A stretch of DNA of 64,000 nucleotides from positions 151,282 through 215,281 of the forward strand of contig JAKBJL010000002.1 in assembly GCA_021836035.1 (NCBI GenBank), in the 5' to 3' direction. Each line of letters starts with the position of its first letter. Position 1 is the stretch's first letter. Source of the DNA: a bacterium. GTDB taxonomy: Bacteria > Patescibacteriota > Microgenomatia > JAMCZE01. Position numbers and translations under genes: made by a program. Shown piece after piece: positions 39,001 through 48,151 of this stretch. The notes beneath the pieces were generated by a model that worked only from the letters and a program-made list of their open reading frames with translations, was not told where the DNA came from and made no database searches.

Positions 39001-39828
39001 TTATTTACTTCTCCTTTGTACGATATATTTGTTGCTGTATTTATTGTGTTTTCTGGTCCTGATTCCCCTCGCCGGTTTGCCCCAGGGAGTTTTAGGTTGC
39101 TTCAGCCCTACTCCGCTCCTGCCCTCTCCGCCGCCATGCGGATGGGTACGCGGATTTTGCGCGGTACCGCGGACTTCCGGCCGGTGGCCCAAGCGCCGGC
39201 TTCTCCCCGCCTTTCCCATTACTACATTTTTCCAATCAACATTTCCGACAGTTCCCACCGTAGCATAATTATCCTTATTAATCAGCCGCATTTCCCCCGA
39301 CGGTAGTTTCAAAGTAACATATCCGCCTTCTTTAGCGGTAACTATTGCCCCGTTGCCCGCGCCCCGGACAATCTGTCCGCCGTGTCCGGAAGACAATTCA
39401 ACATTGTGGACCACCGTTCCGATCGGCAAATTCTCTAAAGGCAAAGCGTTGCCTGTTTTTATTTCGCACTCCGGGCCGGCGGAAACTTTGTCCCCGACTT
39501 TCAGCCCTTCCGGCTGTAAAATATACCGCCGCTCTCCGTCGGCATATTGTATTAAAGCCACATTTGCCGTCCGGTTGGGATCGTACTCAATCGCCAGCAC
39601 GCTTCCGGGAACATTAAATTTATTGCGCTTAAAATCAACCAGACGGTAAAATCTTTTTTGTCTTCCGCCGTGATGCCGGGCGGAAATATGCCCGTAATTA
39701 TCCCGTCCGGACCTCTTCGGTAAAATCATTACCAGCGCTTTTTCCGGTTCCTGCGCCGTCAGTTCAGACCGGTAATCCAGCCCGGTCATAAATCGCCGAT
39801 ACATTGTTCCCCGCAGTTTTTTAAGCAT
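39001..39828 (-). CDS. rplB: 50S ribosomal protein L2
   Basis: [15 protein letters not shown]; start MLKKL. Confidence 0.97.
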   Translation of the reverse strand: MLKKLRGTMYRRFMTGLDYRSELTAQEPEKALVMILPKRSGRDNYGHISARHHGGRQKRFYRLVDFKRNKFNVPGSVLAIEYDPNRTANVALIQYADGERRYILQPEGLKVGDKVSAGPECEIKTGNALPLENLPIGTVVHNVELSSGHGGQIVRGAGNGAIVTAKEGGYVTLKLPSGEMRLINKDNYATVGTVGNVDWKNVVMGKAGRSRRLGHRPEVRGTAQNPRTHPHGGGEGRSGVGLKQPKTPWGKPARGIRTRKHNKYSNKYIVQRRSK

Positions 39829-40117
39829 TTTTTGCCTCCCCGACGTCAAATAAATCAATCTTTTGTCCCGGCTCTAACCGGACGATTGCTTTCTTCCAGG
39901 CTTTTGCCGGAATCAGTAAGCGCCGGCGTCCCGCCCGGCGGGCCTTGCCCCGAAAATTATTGGTTTTCACATCCAGGACTTTCACCTTAAATGCCTGGGC
40001 TACCGCCTGAGCAATCCCGCGCTTGTTGGTGTCCTTGTCCACTTCAAAAGTAAAGCACCCGGCAGCTGCATCCCGCATTGATTTTTCCGTAATGATTGGC
40101 CTTATCAATATATTCAT
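39821..40117 (-). CDS. rplW: 50S ribosomal protein L23
   Basis: [15 protein letters not shown]. Confidence 0.97.
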   Translation of the reverse strand: MNILIRPIITEKSMRDAAAGCFTFEVDKDTNKRGIAQAVAQAFKVKVLDVKTNNFRGKARRAGRRRLLIPAKAWKKAIVRLEPGQKIDLFDVGEAKNA

Positions 40118-40120
40118 AAG

Positions 40121-40874
40121 TTATTCCCCTTTTGTCCTTCTGCCTTTCAAAGTCTTTTTAGTTTCTCTCACTTTTTGCGTTTTCCCTGTCTCTGCGTTGA
40201 CCTTCTTTTCTTTGCTTTTCCTCTTCTCCTGTTTCTTATCTTTGAGCTCACTACCCGCTACTTTTGTCCCCTTAGTCGTCTGCGAAATTTTTCTTACCGC
40301 TTCCTCCATGAGCAAAACCTTTCCTGCTTTTAAAACTTCATAAGTATTCAGTTGGTTGAACGGCATAATCGTTACGCCGGCGATATTTCTTCCCGCCCGG
40401 ACAATTTTATCCTGAAAACCGTCCGTCACAATTAAAAAGTTTTCTGTCTGCTTTTCGCTTTCCGCTATACGCTTAATAAACGCGGCGACTTCCTTGGTTT
40501 TTCCCGGTTGTTTTTTCCATTTCCGCAATGACTTTTAGGTTCCCCGCCTTCGCCTGAGCGGAAAGAGCACCGTATAAAGCCAACCGGCGCATCTTCTTAG
40601 ATAATGCCAAACTGTAATCCCGCGGTTTCGGCGCAAAAGCAACGCCGCCACCGACGAAAATCGGCGCTTTCCGGTCTCCATGCCGAGCGCCACCGGTTCC
40701 TTTTTGGCGGTACAATTTTTTTCGCGTCCGCTCTACTTCCGCCCGGGTCTTCGCGTTTTGCGTCCCCTGCCGCTGGTTGGCAAGATATACCCGTACCGCC
40801 TGAGCTAACAGCTGTGGCTTGACTTCCAACCCGAATATTTCTTCCGGTAATTTGGTATTTTCGCTGATTTTCAT
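40121..40874 (-). CDS. rplD: 50S ribosomal protein L4, split by a single-base frameshift at ~40500
   Basis: N-half QKGTGGARHG..GGGVAFAP; C-half GKTKE..RNIAGV..LNTYEVL; removing one A from GGGAAAAACC fuses them. Confidence 0.93.
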
Positions 40875-40908
40875 AATTGATTAAGAATTAGAAATTAGTT
40901 ATTAGAAA

Positions 40909-41511
40909 TTATATTTTGGTAATTTTTACTAATCCCCCTTTTGCTCCGGGAATAAGCCCCCGAATCAGAAGGAGGTTCTCCTCCGGTTTAATGTCAAATA
41001 CCGCTAAATTCCTGACGGTTTTTTGCGTATTTCCCATATGCCCGGCCATACGTTTGCCTTTATAAACCCGGCCCGGAGTGGTTGTTTGGCCAATAGAACC
41101 AGGATGGCGCTGCCGGTCCGACTGGCCGTGAGTTTTCGGGCCGCCGGCAAATCCGTGGCGTTTGACTACTCCGGCAAACCCTTTGCCCTTGCTGATTCCC
41201 GTTGCTTTGACCCGGTCACCGGAATTAAAAACGTCGGCAATCTGTACTTTATTGCCGACACCTTTCGTTTCCCCTTCAGCCATTTTTACCTCCCGGATAA
41301 AGCGGGGTGAAATTTTCTCCTGAATACTTTTCAGCATTCCGGCGGTCGGCTTTTTCAGGTGCTTTTTATGGCCGATCGCTACCTGGACAAAGTTATTGCC
41401 GGCCCGGATTACCGTATGCGGTTCAATTTTGACTATTGTCACCGGCACGCGCCGTCCTTCCTTATCAAAGGCCTGCGATTGATCCAATTTAAAGCCGTAC
41501 AGTGAATCCAC
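40909..41511 (-). CDS. rplC: 50S ribosomal protein L3
   Basis: SKGKGFAGVVKR, GKRMAGHMG; likely GTG start 41511. Confidence 0.96.
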   Translation of the reverse strand: MDSLYGFKLDQSQAFDKEGRRVPVTIVKIEPHTVIRAGNNFVQVAIGHKKHLKKPTAGMLKSIQEKISPRFIREVKMAEGETKGVGNKVQIADVFNSGDRVKATGISKGKGFAGVVKRHGFAGGPKTHGQSDRQRHPGSIGQTTTPGRVYKGKRMAGHMGNTQKTVRNLAVFDIKPEENLLLIRGLIPGAKGGLVKITKI

Positions 41512-41544
41512 GTTTGTAAGAGTTCTGTAAACCCGACAATACAA

Positions 41545-41674
41545 TAAAAAAGTCCCCGAACGGGGACTTACCTTTATTCCCTACATCCGGCTACTTCAAG
41601 TAACGAGTTTAGGAAACTCTCTTATCATTACTTAACTGGGGTCTATTTTAACACGAAGCTAACCCAAGGCGCAA
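41545..41674 (-). promoter_or_regulatory. Promoter and structured leader with terminator-like hairpin upstream of rplC
   Basis: TTGCGC-18-TAAAAT (with TG); stems AAGTAATGA/TCGTTACTT and AAGTCCCC-GTTC-GGGGACTT-TTTT. Confidence 0.65.
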
Positions 41675-41926
41675 GTACAACATCTTTACCTTCGCAGGAC
41701 TCCGTTTACGAAGCTGGACATTCCTAAGGCTATCTTTAAATTTCCCTTCGATTAAAGTGGGAAAATCAAAATCTCCGTCCTTGGCTTATAGAGTAATTTC
41801 CTGCATATTTGCGCAAGTTAACTCTTTAAGATCTGCTTCCACAATTGGCTAAAAATCGCCTTTAGCAAGACTGCCTGAAGCGCCGCTTATGTGACACAAT
41901 CCCGCCTCCAATTGAGCGGGAAATTA

Positions 41927-42235
41927 CTACATTTTGATCTCAATACCCACCCCTGCGGGCAATTCGAGGTGCATGAGGGAATCAATAGTCTTATCCGTTG
42001 GCTCTATAATATCGATCAGGCGCTTATGTACTTTGACCTGGAAGTGTTCCTGGCTGTCCTTATCGGTAAAAGGGGATTGGCCGACGGTAATTAAGGATCT
42101 GTCTGTCGGAAGGGGAATCGGGCCTACCACTGAAGCGCCGGTACGGATGGCCGTATCCAGAATGAGCTGGCAGGTGCTGTCGAGCACCCGCCCGTCATAA
42201 GCCTTCAACTTAACTCTGATTCTCCCTTTCGGCAT
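41927..42235 (-). CDS. rpsJ: 30S ribosomal protein S10
   Basis: IRVKLKAYD, GPIPLPT, HKRLIDI. Confidence 0.97.
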   Translation of the reverse strand: MPKGRIRVKLKAYDGRVLDSTCQLILDTAIRTGASVVGPIPLPTDRSLITVGQSPFTDKDSQEHFQVKVHKRLIDIIEPTDKTIDSLMHLELPAGVGIEIKM

Positions 42236-42320
42236 ATCAAAGAACAAAAAAGATGATAGTTGTAAAGACCCTAGCGAATCGTCAAAGACTTTTCACTACG
42301 CTTCGCTCATTCTATCATCC

Positions 42321-43508
42321 TTATGCTAATATTTTCGTTACGGCTCCCGCTCCGACGGTTTTCCCGCCCTCGCGGATCGCAAAACGCATCCCGTCTTCCA
42401 TGGCTACCGGCTGGATCAGCTTGATTTTCATCTTCGCGTCATCCCCCGGCATGACCATTTCCACGCCCTCCTGTAAAGTTACTTCCCCGGTTACGTCCGT
42501 AGTGCGGATATAAAATTGCGGGCGGTACCCGGAGAAGAACGGAGTGTGCCGTCCACCCTCTTCTTTGGTTAGGATATAAACCTGAGCTTCAAATTCGGTA
42601 TGCGGGGTAATCGAACCCGGTTTGGCAATAACCTGGCCGCGCTCGACCTGGTCTTTTTCGATGCCGCGCAAAAGCAGTCCGACATTATCTCCGGCCTGGC
42701 CTTCATCCAATTGTTTGCGAAACATCTCGACTCCGGTAACGACCGTCTTTTGGGTAGCTTTCAGACCGATAATTTCGACTTCTTCGTTAACTTTGATCTT
42801 CCCGCGTTCAATACGTCCGGTAACTACTGTGCCGCGGCCTTTAATGGAGAAAACGTCTTCTACGGGCATTAAAAACGGTTTATCCAGTTCCCGCACCGGG
42901 GTGGGAATATAGGAATCCACCGCGTCCATAAGCTCCATGATATGTTTTTCCTCTTCGGCATCGCCTTCAACCGCTTTAAGTGCGGAACCTTTGATCACGG
43001 GAGCTTTTTCTCCGTCAAAACCGTATTTCGTTAACAGTTCGCGGACTTCGACTTCGACAAGATCCAGAAGCTCGGGATCAGTTACCATATCGACTTTGTT
43101 AAGAAAAACCACAATCGCGGGAACGTTAACCTGTTTCGCCAGAAGCAAATGCTCGCGGGTTTGCGCCATCGGACCGTCAGCCGCCGATACCACGAGAATT
43201 GCCCCGTCCACCTGAGCCGCACCGGTAATCATGTTTTTAATGTAGTCAGCATGCCCCGGCATATCGATATGAGCATAGTGCCGCTTGTCCGTTTCGTATT
43301 CGACATGGGCGATATTAATCGTAACCCCGCGGGCTTTTTCCTCAGGAGCGCTGTCAATCTCATCGTAATTCATGGCTTTGGAAAGGCCTTTTTTGGCGAG
43401 GACTTTGGTAATTGCCGAAGTTAAAGTTGTTTTTCCGTGGTCCACGTGACCCATTGTCCCGACATTAACGTGGGGTTTGGTCCGTTGGAATTTTGCTTGC
43501 TCAGCCAT
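42321..43508 (-). CDS. tuf: Elongation factor Tu
   Basis: [25 protein letters not shown]. Confidence 0.99.
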   Translation of the reverse strand: MAEQAKFQRTKPHVNVGTMGHVDHGKTTLTSAITKVLAKKGLSKAMNYDEIDSAPEEKARGVTINIAHVEYETDKRHYAHIDMPGHADYIKNMITGAAQVDGAILVVSAADGPMAQTREHLLLAKQVNVPAIVVFLNKVDMVTDPELLDLVEVEVRELLTKYGFDGEKAPVIKGSALKAVEGDAEEEKHIMELMDAVDSYIPTPVRELDKPFLMPVEDVFSIKGRGTVVTGRIERGKIKVNEEVEIIGLKATQKTVVTGVEMFRKQLDEGQAGDNVGLLLRGIEKDQVERGQVIAKPGSITPHTEFEAQVYILTKEEGGRHTPFFSGYRPQFYIRTTDVTGEVTLQEGVEMVMPGDDAKMKIKLIQPVAMEDGMRFAIREGGKTVGAGAVTKILA

Positions 43509-43710
43509 TTTTTATCTTCCCTTTAATTTTGACCAAAAAGAACATCCTTTGTCAAGGCTATCTTTGATTTTGATCCGTGTTCAGCCGATCGCAATCGGCT
43601 TTAGCTGATTATATTGAGATTACCTTCCCTTTGCAAGAGTCAAAATATATTTCCATAATTTCAGCAATTCAATAAATTACTTAGTTGCGGGGTCACTCTG
43701 ATTTACTAAA

Positions 43711-45846
43711 TCATTTCTTCGTCAGAATCTGTTCCTGAATATTTCTGGGGACTTCTTCATAATGGGATGGTTCCATGTAATACGATGCCCGGCCCTGGGA
43801 CATACTGCGTAGCTTGGTAGCATAGCCGGAAAGCTCCGCCAGAGGCACCATGGCAATAATTACCGTCGCGTTCCCCCGCTGGGAAGTTCCCAATATCTGC
43901 GCCCGTTTTGCCGAAAGATCGCCGATGACGTCCCCCATAAATTCGTCAGGGGTAGTTACTTCCACTTTCATAATCGGCTCAATTAAAACCATATCAGCTT
44001 TTTTCACCGCATCCTGAAGAGCCATAGAGCCGGCTATCTGGAAGGCGATATCCGAGGAATCAACCTCATGATAAGAACCGTCAAACAAAGTAATTTTAAT
44101 ATCCGTCAGCGGAAAGCCGGCTAAAACGCCGTTGGCGGAAGCCTCCTTAGTGCCCTTTTCAATTGAAGGAATAAAGTCGGAAGGAATCGCGCCGCCTTTG
44201 ATGGCGTTAACAAATTCCCAACCTTCTCCGCGGGGCTTCGGCTCCACCCGGAGCAGAGCATGTCCGTATTGCCCCCGGCCTCCGGTCTGGCGGATATATT
44301 TCCCTTCGCCCTCAGCGTTTCTCTTGACGGTTTCTTTATAAGCCACCTGGGGGGCGCCGACATTGGTTTCGACGCTCATCTCCCGGCGCATACGGTCAAT
44401 CCAAACATCCAGTTGTAATTCTCCGATGCCGGAAATAATTGTCTGGCCCGTTTCTTTATCGGATTTCACATGGATTGTCGGGTCTTCTTCCATAATTCGC
44501 TGCAGGGCATAACCGAGCTTCTCCTGGTCCGACTTGGTCTTGGGTTCGATAGCGAGGGAGATAACCGGTTCGGGAAAAGAAATCCCTTCCAAAACAATAG
44601 GATGTGTCTGGTCGCAAATAGAATCTCCGGTCCGGGTTTCTTTAAAACCCACCACCGCCACAATTTCCCCGGCGTAAGCCTCATCAACCTCTTCCCGTTG
44701 GTTCGCATGCATTAAAAGAAGTCTTCCGATGCGCTCCTGTTTATCACGCGAAGAATTATAAATATACGAGCCTGCTTTCAGCGTTCCGGAATAAATCCGC
44801 ACATAATAAAGCTTCCCGACGTGCGGATCCAATTGGATTTTAAAAGCTAAACCGGTCAGAGGAACGCTGGTTTCCTGTTCCCGCGTTTCCTTTTCTCCCG
44901 TCTTGGGATTGACTCCCTCGACCGGAGGCCGGTCCAAAGGACTGGGCAAATAATCGACAATAGCGTCCAAAAGCGGTTGGACCCCTTTGTTTCGCAGCGA
45001 AGTACCCGTATAAATTGGTACCAATTGGTAATTGACAACCGCCTGGCGTAAAGCTTTCTTCAGCTCTTCTACCGTCGGTTTCTCACCGTTGAGATATTTT
45101 TCCAGCAACTTCTCGTCGGTTTCCGCAATTTGCTCGACCAACAGATGCCGGTATTCTTTCACTTTTTCCGGAGAAAGTTCCGGGGGAATTTCTTTTTTCA
45201 CTTCGTATTTAGCCCCCATATCGTCCCCGCCGGGGGTTTCGCCGCCGGGCGATAGCGGGCGGGCCCAGATATAAGCTTCTTCGGCCAGAAGATCATAAAC
45301 TCCCCTAAATGTACTCTCTACGCCAATCGGCAAAACCATAACCGCCGGCTTAACTCCCAGCCGGTTTTTAACCGCTTCCACCGTTTTATAAAAATCAGCG
45401 CCCAGTTTATCGATTTTATTAACAAAAATAATTCTGGGGACTTGATATTTATCCGCCTGGCGCCAAACCGTTTCCGTCTGCGATTGGACCGTTTCTTCCG
45501 CGTCCAGTATGGTCACCGCTCCGTCAAGAACGCGCAAAGAACGTTCTACTTCCGCCGTAAAATCCACATGCCCCGGGGTATCAATAATATTGATGCGGAT
45601 ATCTTTCCAGAAGGTGGTCGTAGCCGCAGAAACGATAGTAATTCCCCGTTCCCGCTCTTGGGGCATCCAATCCATTTGGGTCGTTCCCTCGTCGATATCG
45701 CCGATCTTATAAGTTTTCCCGGTATAAAATAGAATCCTCTCGGTTGTGGTTGTTTTTCCCGCGTCAATATGCGCAATAATCCCGATATTTCTGATTCTAT
45801 CGAGCGGGTAAATCCTTGATTTGGTTTTTCCTTCCGCCATAGCCAA
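43711..45846 (-). CDS. fusA: Elongation factor G
   Basis: AHIDAGKTT, DTPGHVDF, QTGGRGQYG. Confidence 0.99.
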   Translation of the reverse strand: MAMAEGKTKSRIYPLDRIRNIGIIAHIDAGKTTTTERILFYTGKTYKIGDIDEGTTQMDWMPQERERGITIVSAATTTFWKDIRINIIDTPGHVDFTAEVERSLRVLDGAVTILDAEETVQSQTETVWRQADKYQVPRIIFVNKIDKLGADFYKTVEAVKNRLGVKPAVMVLPIGVESTFRGVYDLLAEEAYIWARPLSPGGETPGGDDMGAKYEVKKEIPPELSPEKVKEYRHLLVEQIAETDEKLLEKYLNGEKPTVEELKKALRQAVVNYQLVPIYTGTSLRNKGVQPLLDAIVDYLPSPLDRPPVEGVNPKTGEKETREQETSVPLTGLAFKIQLDPHVGKLYYVRIYSGTLKAGSYIYNSSRDKQERIGRLLLMHANQREEVDEAYAGEIVAVVGFKETRTGDSICDQTHPIVLEGISFPEPVISLAIEPKTKSDQEKLGYALQRIMEEDPTIHVKSDKETGQTIISGIGELQLDVWIDRMRREMSVETNVGAPQVAYKETVKRNAEGEGKYIRQTGGRGQYGHALLRVEPKPRGEGWEFVNAIKGGAIPSDFIPSIEKGTKEASANGVLAGFPLTDIKITLFDGSYHEVDSSDIAFQIAGSMALQDAVKKADMVLIEPIMKVEVTTPDEFMGDVIGDLSAKRAQILGTSQRGNATVIIAMVPLAELSGYATKLRSMSQGRASYYMEPSHYEEVPRNIQEQILTKK

Positions 45847-45985
45847 AAAATTCGTGCCGCATCTACGGCACTATTATGACAATTATAACAAAACGCTCCG
45901 GTTAAGGGAATCCCTATTCGATAATTAAACAGGCGCTAATCGCGCCCTTCGCAAGGCCTCCCCTTGCAGGCTTTGATAAGAGGAG

Positions 45986-46576
45986 TTACTGAACTTTTGC
46001 CGTCGCAGCCGCCAGAGATGGTTCTCTGCGTAAGGCAATTTGCTTCAGCTCCCGGGCTACGACAATATTGGGTATTATTTTCCCCCACCACTCTTGTCTG
46101 GCTAAATCCTCTTCTGATACCGGGCGGGGATGAAGGGGTTGTAACTTATCAAAAATATCTATCCCGACTTCCTCGAGCCCTTTATGCGCTAGTTGGCGCA
46201 CAACGCTATCCGCCTTCTGTTTTACCGTACGGGCTGTTTCTGCAAGCGTCGCCCCCGAGAATTTAGCGGCATCGGTTTCCTTTTGCCGGCGTTCTACGCA
46301 CTGCCGCATGGATAAAGCCAGTTTCCCCTTTTTAAAAGGGACCGCTACCGTCAAACCGATTTGGGGGTATTCGCTTAGTAGCGTAGCCATGGCATAAGTA
46401 TCTAGAGGACTGGTGTCTTCGTGTGCCGCAAGTTTAAGAAGATAGAGATACTTATCCTGGGAAGCACTGGGAAATTTCTCCTGGCGGGCATTATATTTGG
46501 CCAAAACTGCCAGGTAAATATTTTGCCATTTCTTAGCCTCCGTAATATCTAAAACCTCTTTTTCCGATAGTTCCAT
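45986..46576 (-). CDS. Hypothetical protein between rpsG and fusA
   Basis: 196-aa ORF; TATAAT 8 nt upstream. Confidence 0.7.
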   Translation of the reverse strand: MELSEKEVLDITEAKKWQNIYLAVLAKYNARQEKFPSASQDKYLYLLKLAAHEDTSPLDTYAMATLLSEYPQIGLTVAVPFKKGKLALSMRQCVERRQKETDAAKFSGATLAETARTVKQKADSVVRQLAHKGLEEVGIDIFDKLQPLHPRPVSEEDLARQEWWGKIIPNIVVARELKQIALRREPSLAAATAKVQ

Positions 46577-46682
46577 TAAAGATAATTATATAACGCGCTA
46601 CAAACCATTGCCACGGCTATCGGGTAAAATCGGGCTCAATTGCCATTAAGGCGAAATCATTTTCCAGTCTACTCTCGTCAAC

Positions 46683-46859
46683 GTGAAACCCGCTAGGGTA
46701 TTAGGCATTGTTATCGTCGTCCTTCTTTTGTTTATTGACTGGCTTACTTTTCATGATTTATTAGAACCGCACAACCCTCGCGACTGGTTAACTTTTTTAG
46801 TTTCAGTCATGGTTTTTATCTACTTTGCCGGGGAACTTTTAAAAAAATCCTTACGTTAG
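46683..46859 (+). CDS. 58-aa two-TM small protein (below track cut-off)
   Basis: MKPARVLGIVIVVLLLFIDWLTFHDLLEPHNPRDWLTFLVSVMVFIYFAGELLKKSLR. Confidence 0.65.
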   Translation: MKPARVLGIVIVVLLLFIDWLTFHDLLEPHNPRDWLTFLVSVMVFIYFAGELLKKSLR

Positions 46860-47164
46860 CCGACGCAGGAGTAGAAACTTTCGTGAATCATATAGCCCAA
46901 ACTATATCCGTGTAAAAGCACTACGCCGTTGCATAATGGTTTTACTTTTAAAACGGAGCAAAGGGCGCCATTTGCAAAGCCTGGGGTATTTAATTCTTTT
47001 CGGAAATTTATGTTCGGGGAATATTTTTGGGAAGGATTCGTGGGCTACTCTCATCATCGCGGGCCATCTTTTTCTCCTCGGGAACTTAAAGCCCCAGTCG
47101 GTTAATTAGGTGGGGACCGTTGGCTACCTGGCAGCAGAGATATCCTCTTTAAAACCCAAGTTTT

Positions 47165-47650
47165 TTACCAGCGGAAGTGGGCAAACGCTTTGTTGGCCTC
47201 TGCCATTTTGTGAACCTGGTCGCGTTTTTTAATCGCCCCGCCCTGGCCGGCGAGGACATCGGTAATCTCCGCAGCCAATTTTTCCGCAAAGGTATGATAT
47301 TGCTTGTTGGAGCGGGCCCGGGCGGCATCGATTAACCAGCGCATAGCTAAATGCACTTTCCGTTCACCGCGTACTTCCACGGGAATCTGATAAGAAGCCC
47401 CGCCGACACGGCGCGGGCGGACTTCCATCCGCGGCGCAACCGTTTGAATAGCGGTCTCAAAAGTTTTAACCGGTTCTCCCTCCCCGGGATTCTTAGTTTC
47501 TAAGCTCTTCAGAGCTTCATAAACCTGCTTAGCGGCAGCACCTTTTTTCCCGTCGCGCATTACTTTATTGATAAATTTTCCCAGCAAACGGTTTCCGTAA
47601 ACCGGATCGGGAGTAGCTAGTTTTTTAAATATTTTTTTCGATCTGGGCAT
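47165..47650 (-). CDS. rpsG: 30S ribosomal protein S7
   Basis: RRVGGASYQIP, MAEANKAFAHFRW. Confidence 0.98.
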   Translation of the reverse strand: MPRSKKIFKKLATPDPVYGNRLLGKFINKVMRDGKKGAAAKQVYEALKSLETKNPGEGEPVKTFETAIQTVAPRMEVRPRRVGGASYQIPVEVRGERKVHLAMRWLIDAARARSNKQYHTFAEKLAAEITDVLAGQGGAIKKRDQVHKMAEANKAFAHFRW

Positions 47651-47691
47651 AGCTAATTATTTTTATTTCTTATTTCCTATTTTTTATTTGA

Positions 47692-48150
47692 TTATGCGGC
47701 AGAGGCGGGTGCAGCTACCGGGTTTTCCAGGCGCGGACCGGCACCGCCTTTTTTAGCCCCGTATTTGCTGCGACCCTGCATGCGGCCATGCACCCCGGAA
47801 GTATCGAATTTGCCCCGGACAATATGGTACTTAACCCCAGGTAAATCCTTAACCCGGCCGCCACGGACCAATACAATTGAATGTTCCGCCAGCTCGTGAC
47901 CGATCCCCGGAATATAAGCCGTCACTTCCTGCTTATTAGACAACCGGACACGGGCAACTTTTCTCAGCGCCGAATTCGGTTTTTTCGGAGTCATCGTTTT
48001 CACCACGGTGCAAACTCCCCGTTTAAAAGGCGAGGCAATCGTCTTTATCCGCCGTTCCCGAGCGTTAAAAAACTTCCTGAGCGCTGTCGCCCGGACTTTT
48101 TTCGCGTTCGGGTGACGTCCTTTTTTGATCAATTGGTTAATCGTCGGCAT
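47692..48150 (-). CDS. rpsL: 30S ribosomal protein S12
   Basis: [18 protein letters not shown]. Confidence 0.98.
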   Translation of the reverse strand: MPTINQLIKKGRHPNAKKVRATALRKFFNARERRIKTIASPFKRGVCTVVKTMTPKKPNSALRKVARVRLSNKQEVTAYIPGIGHELAEHSIVLVRGGRVKDLPGVKYHIVRGKFDTSGVHGRMQGRSKYGAKKGGAGPRLENPVAAPASAA

Positions 48151-48151
48151 A

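Noticed and set aside
41680-41900. Small gene between rpsJ and rplC
   Set aside because: Minus-strand frames examined are broken by stops; no recognisable product
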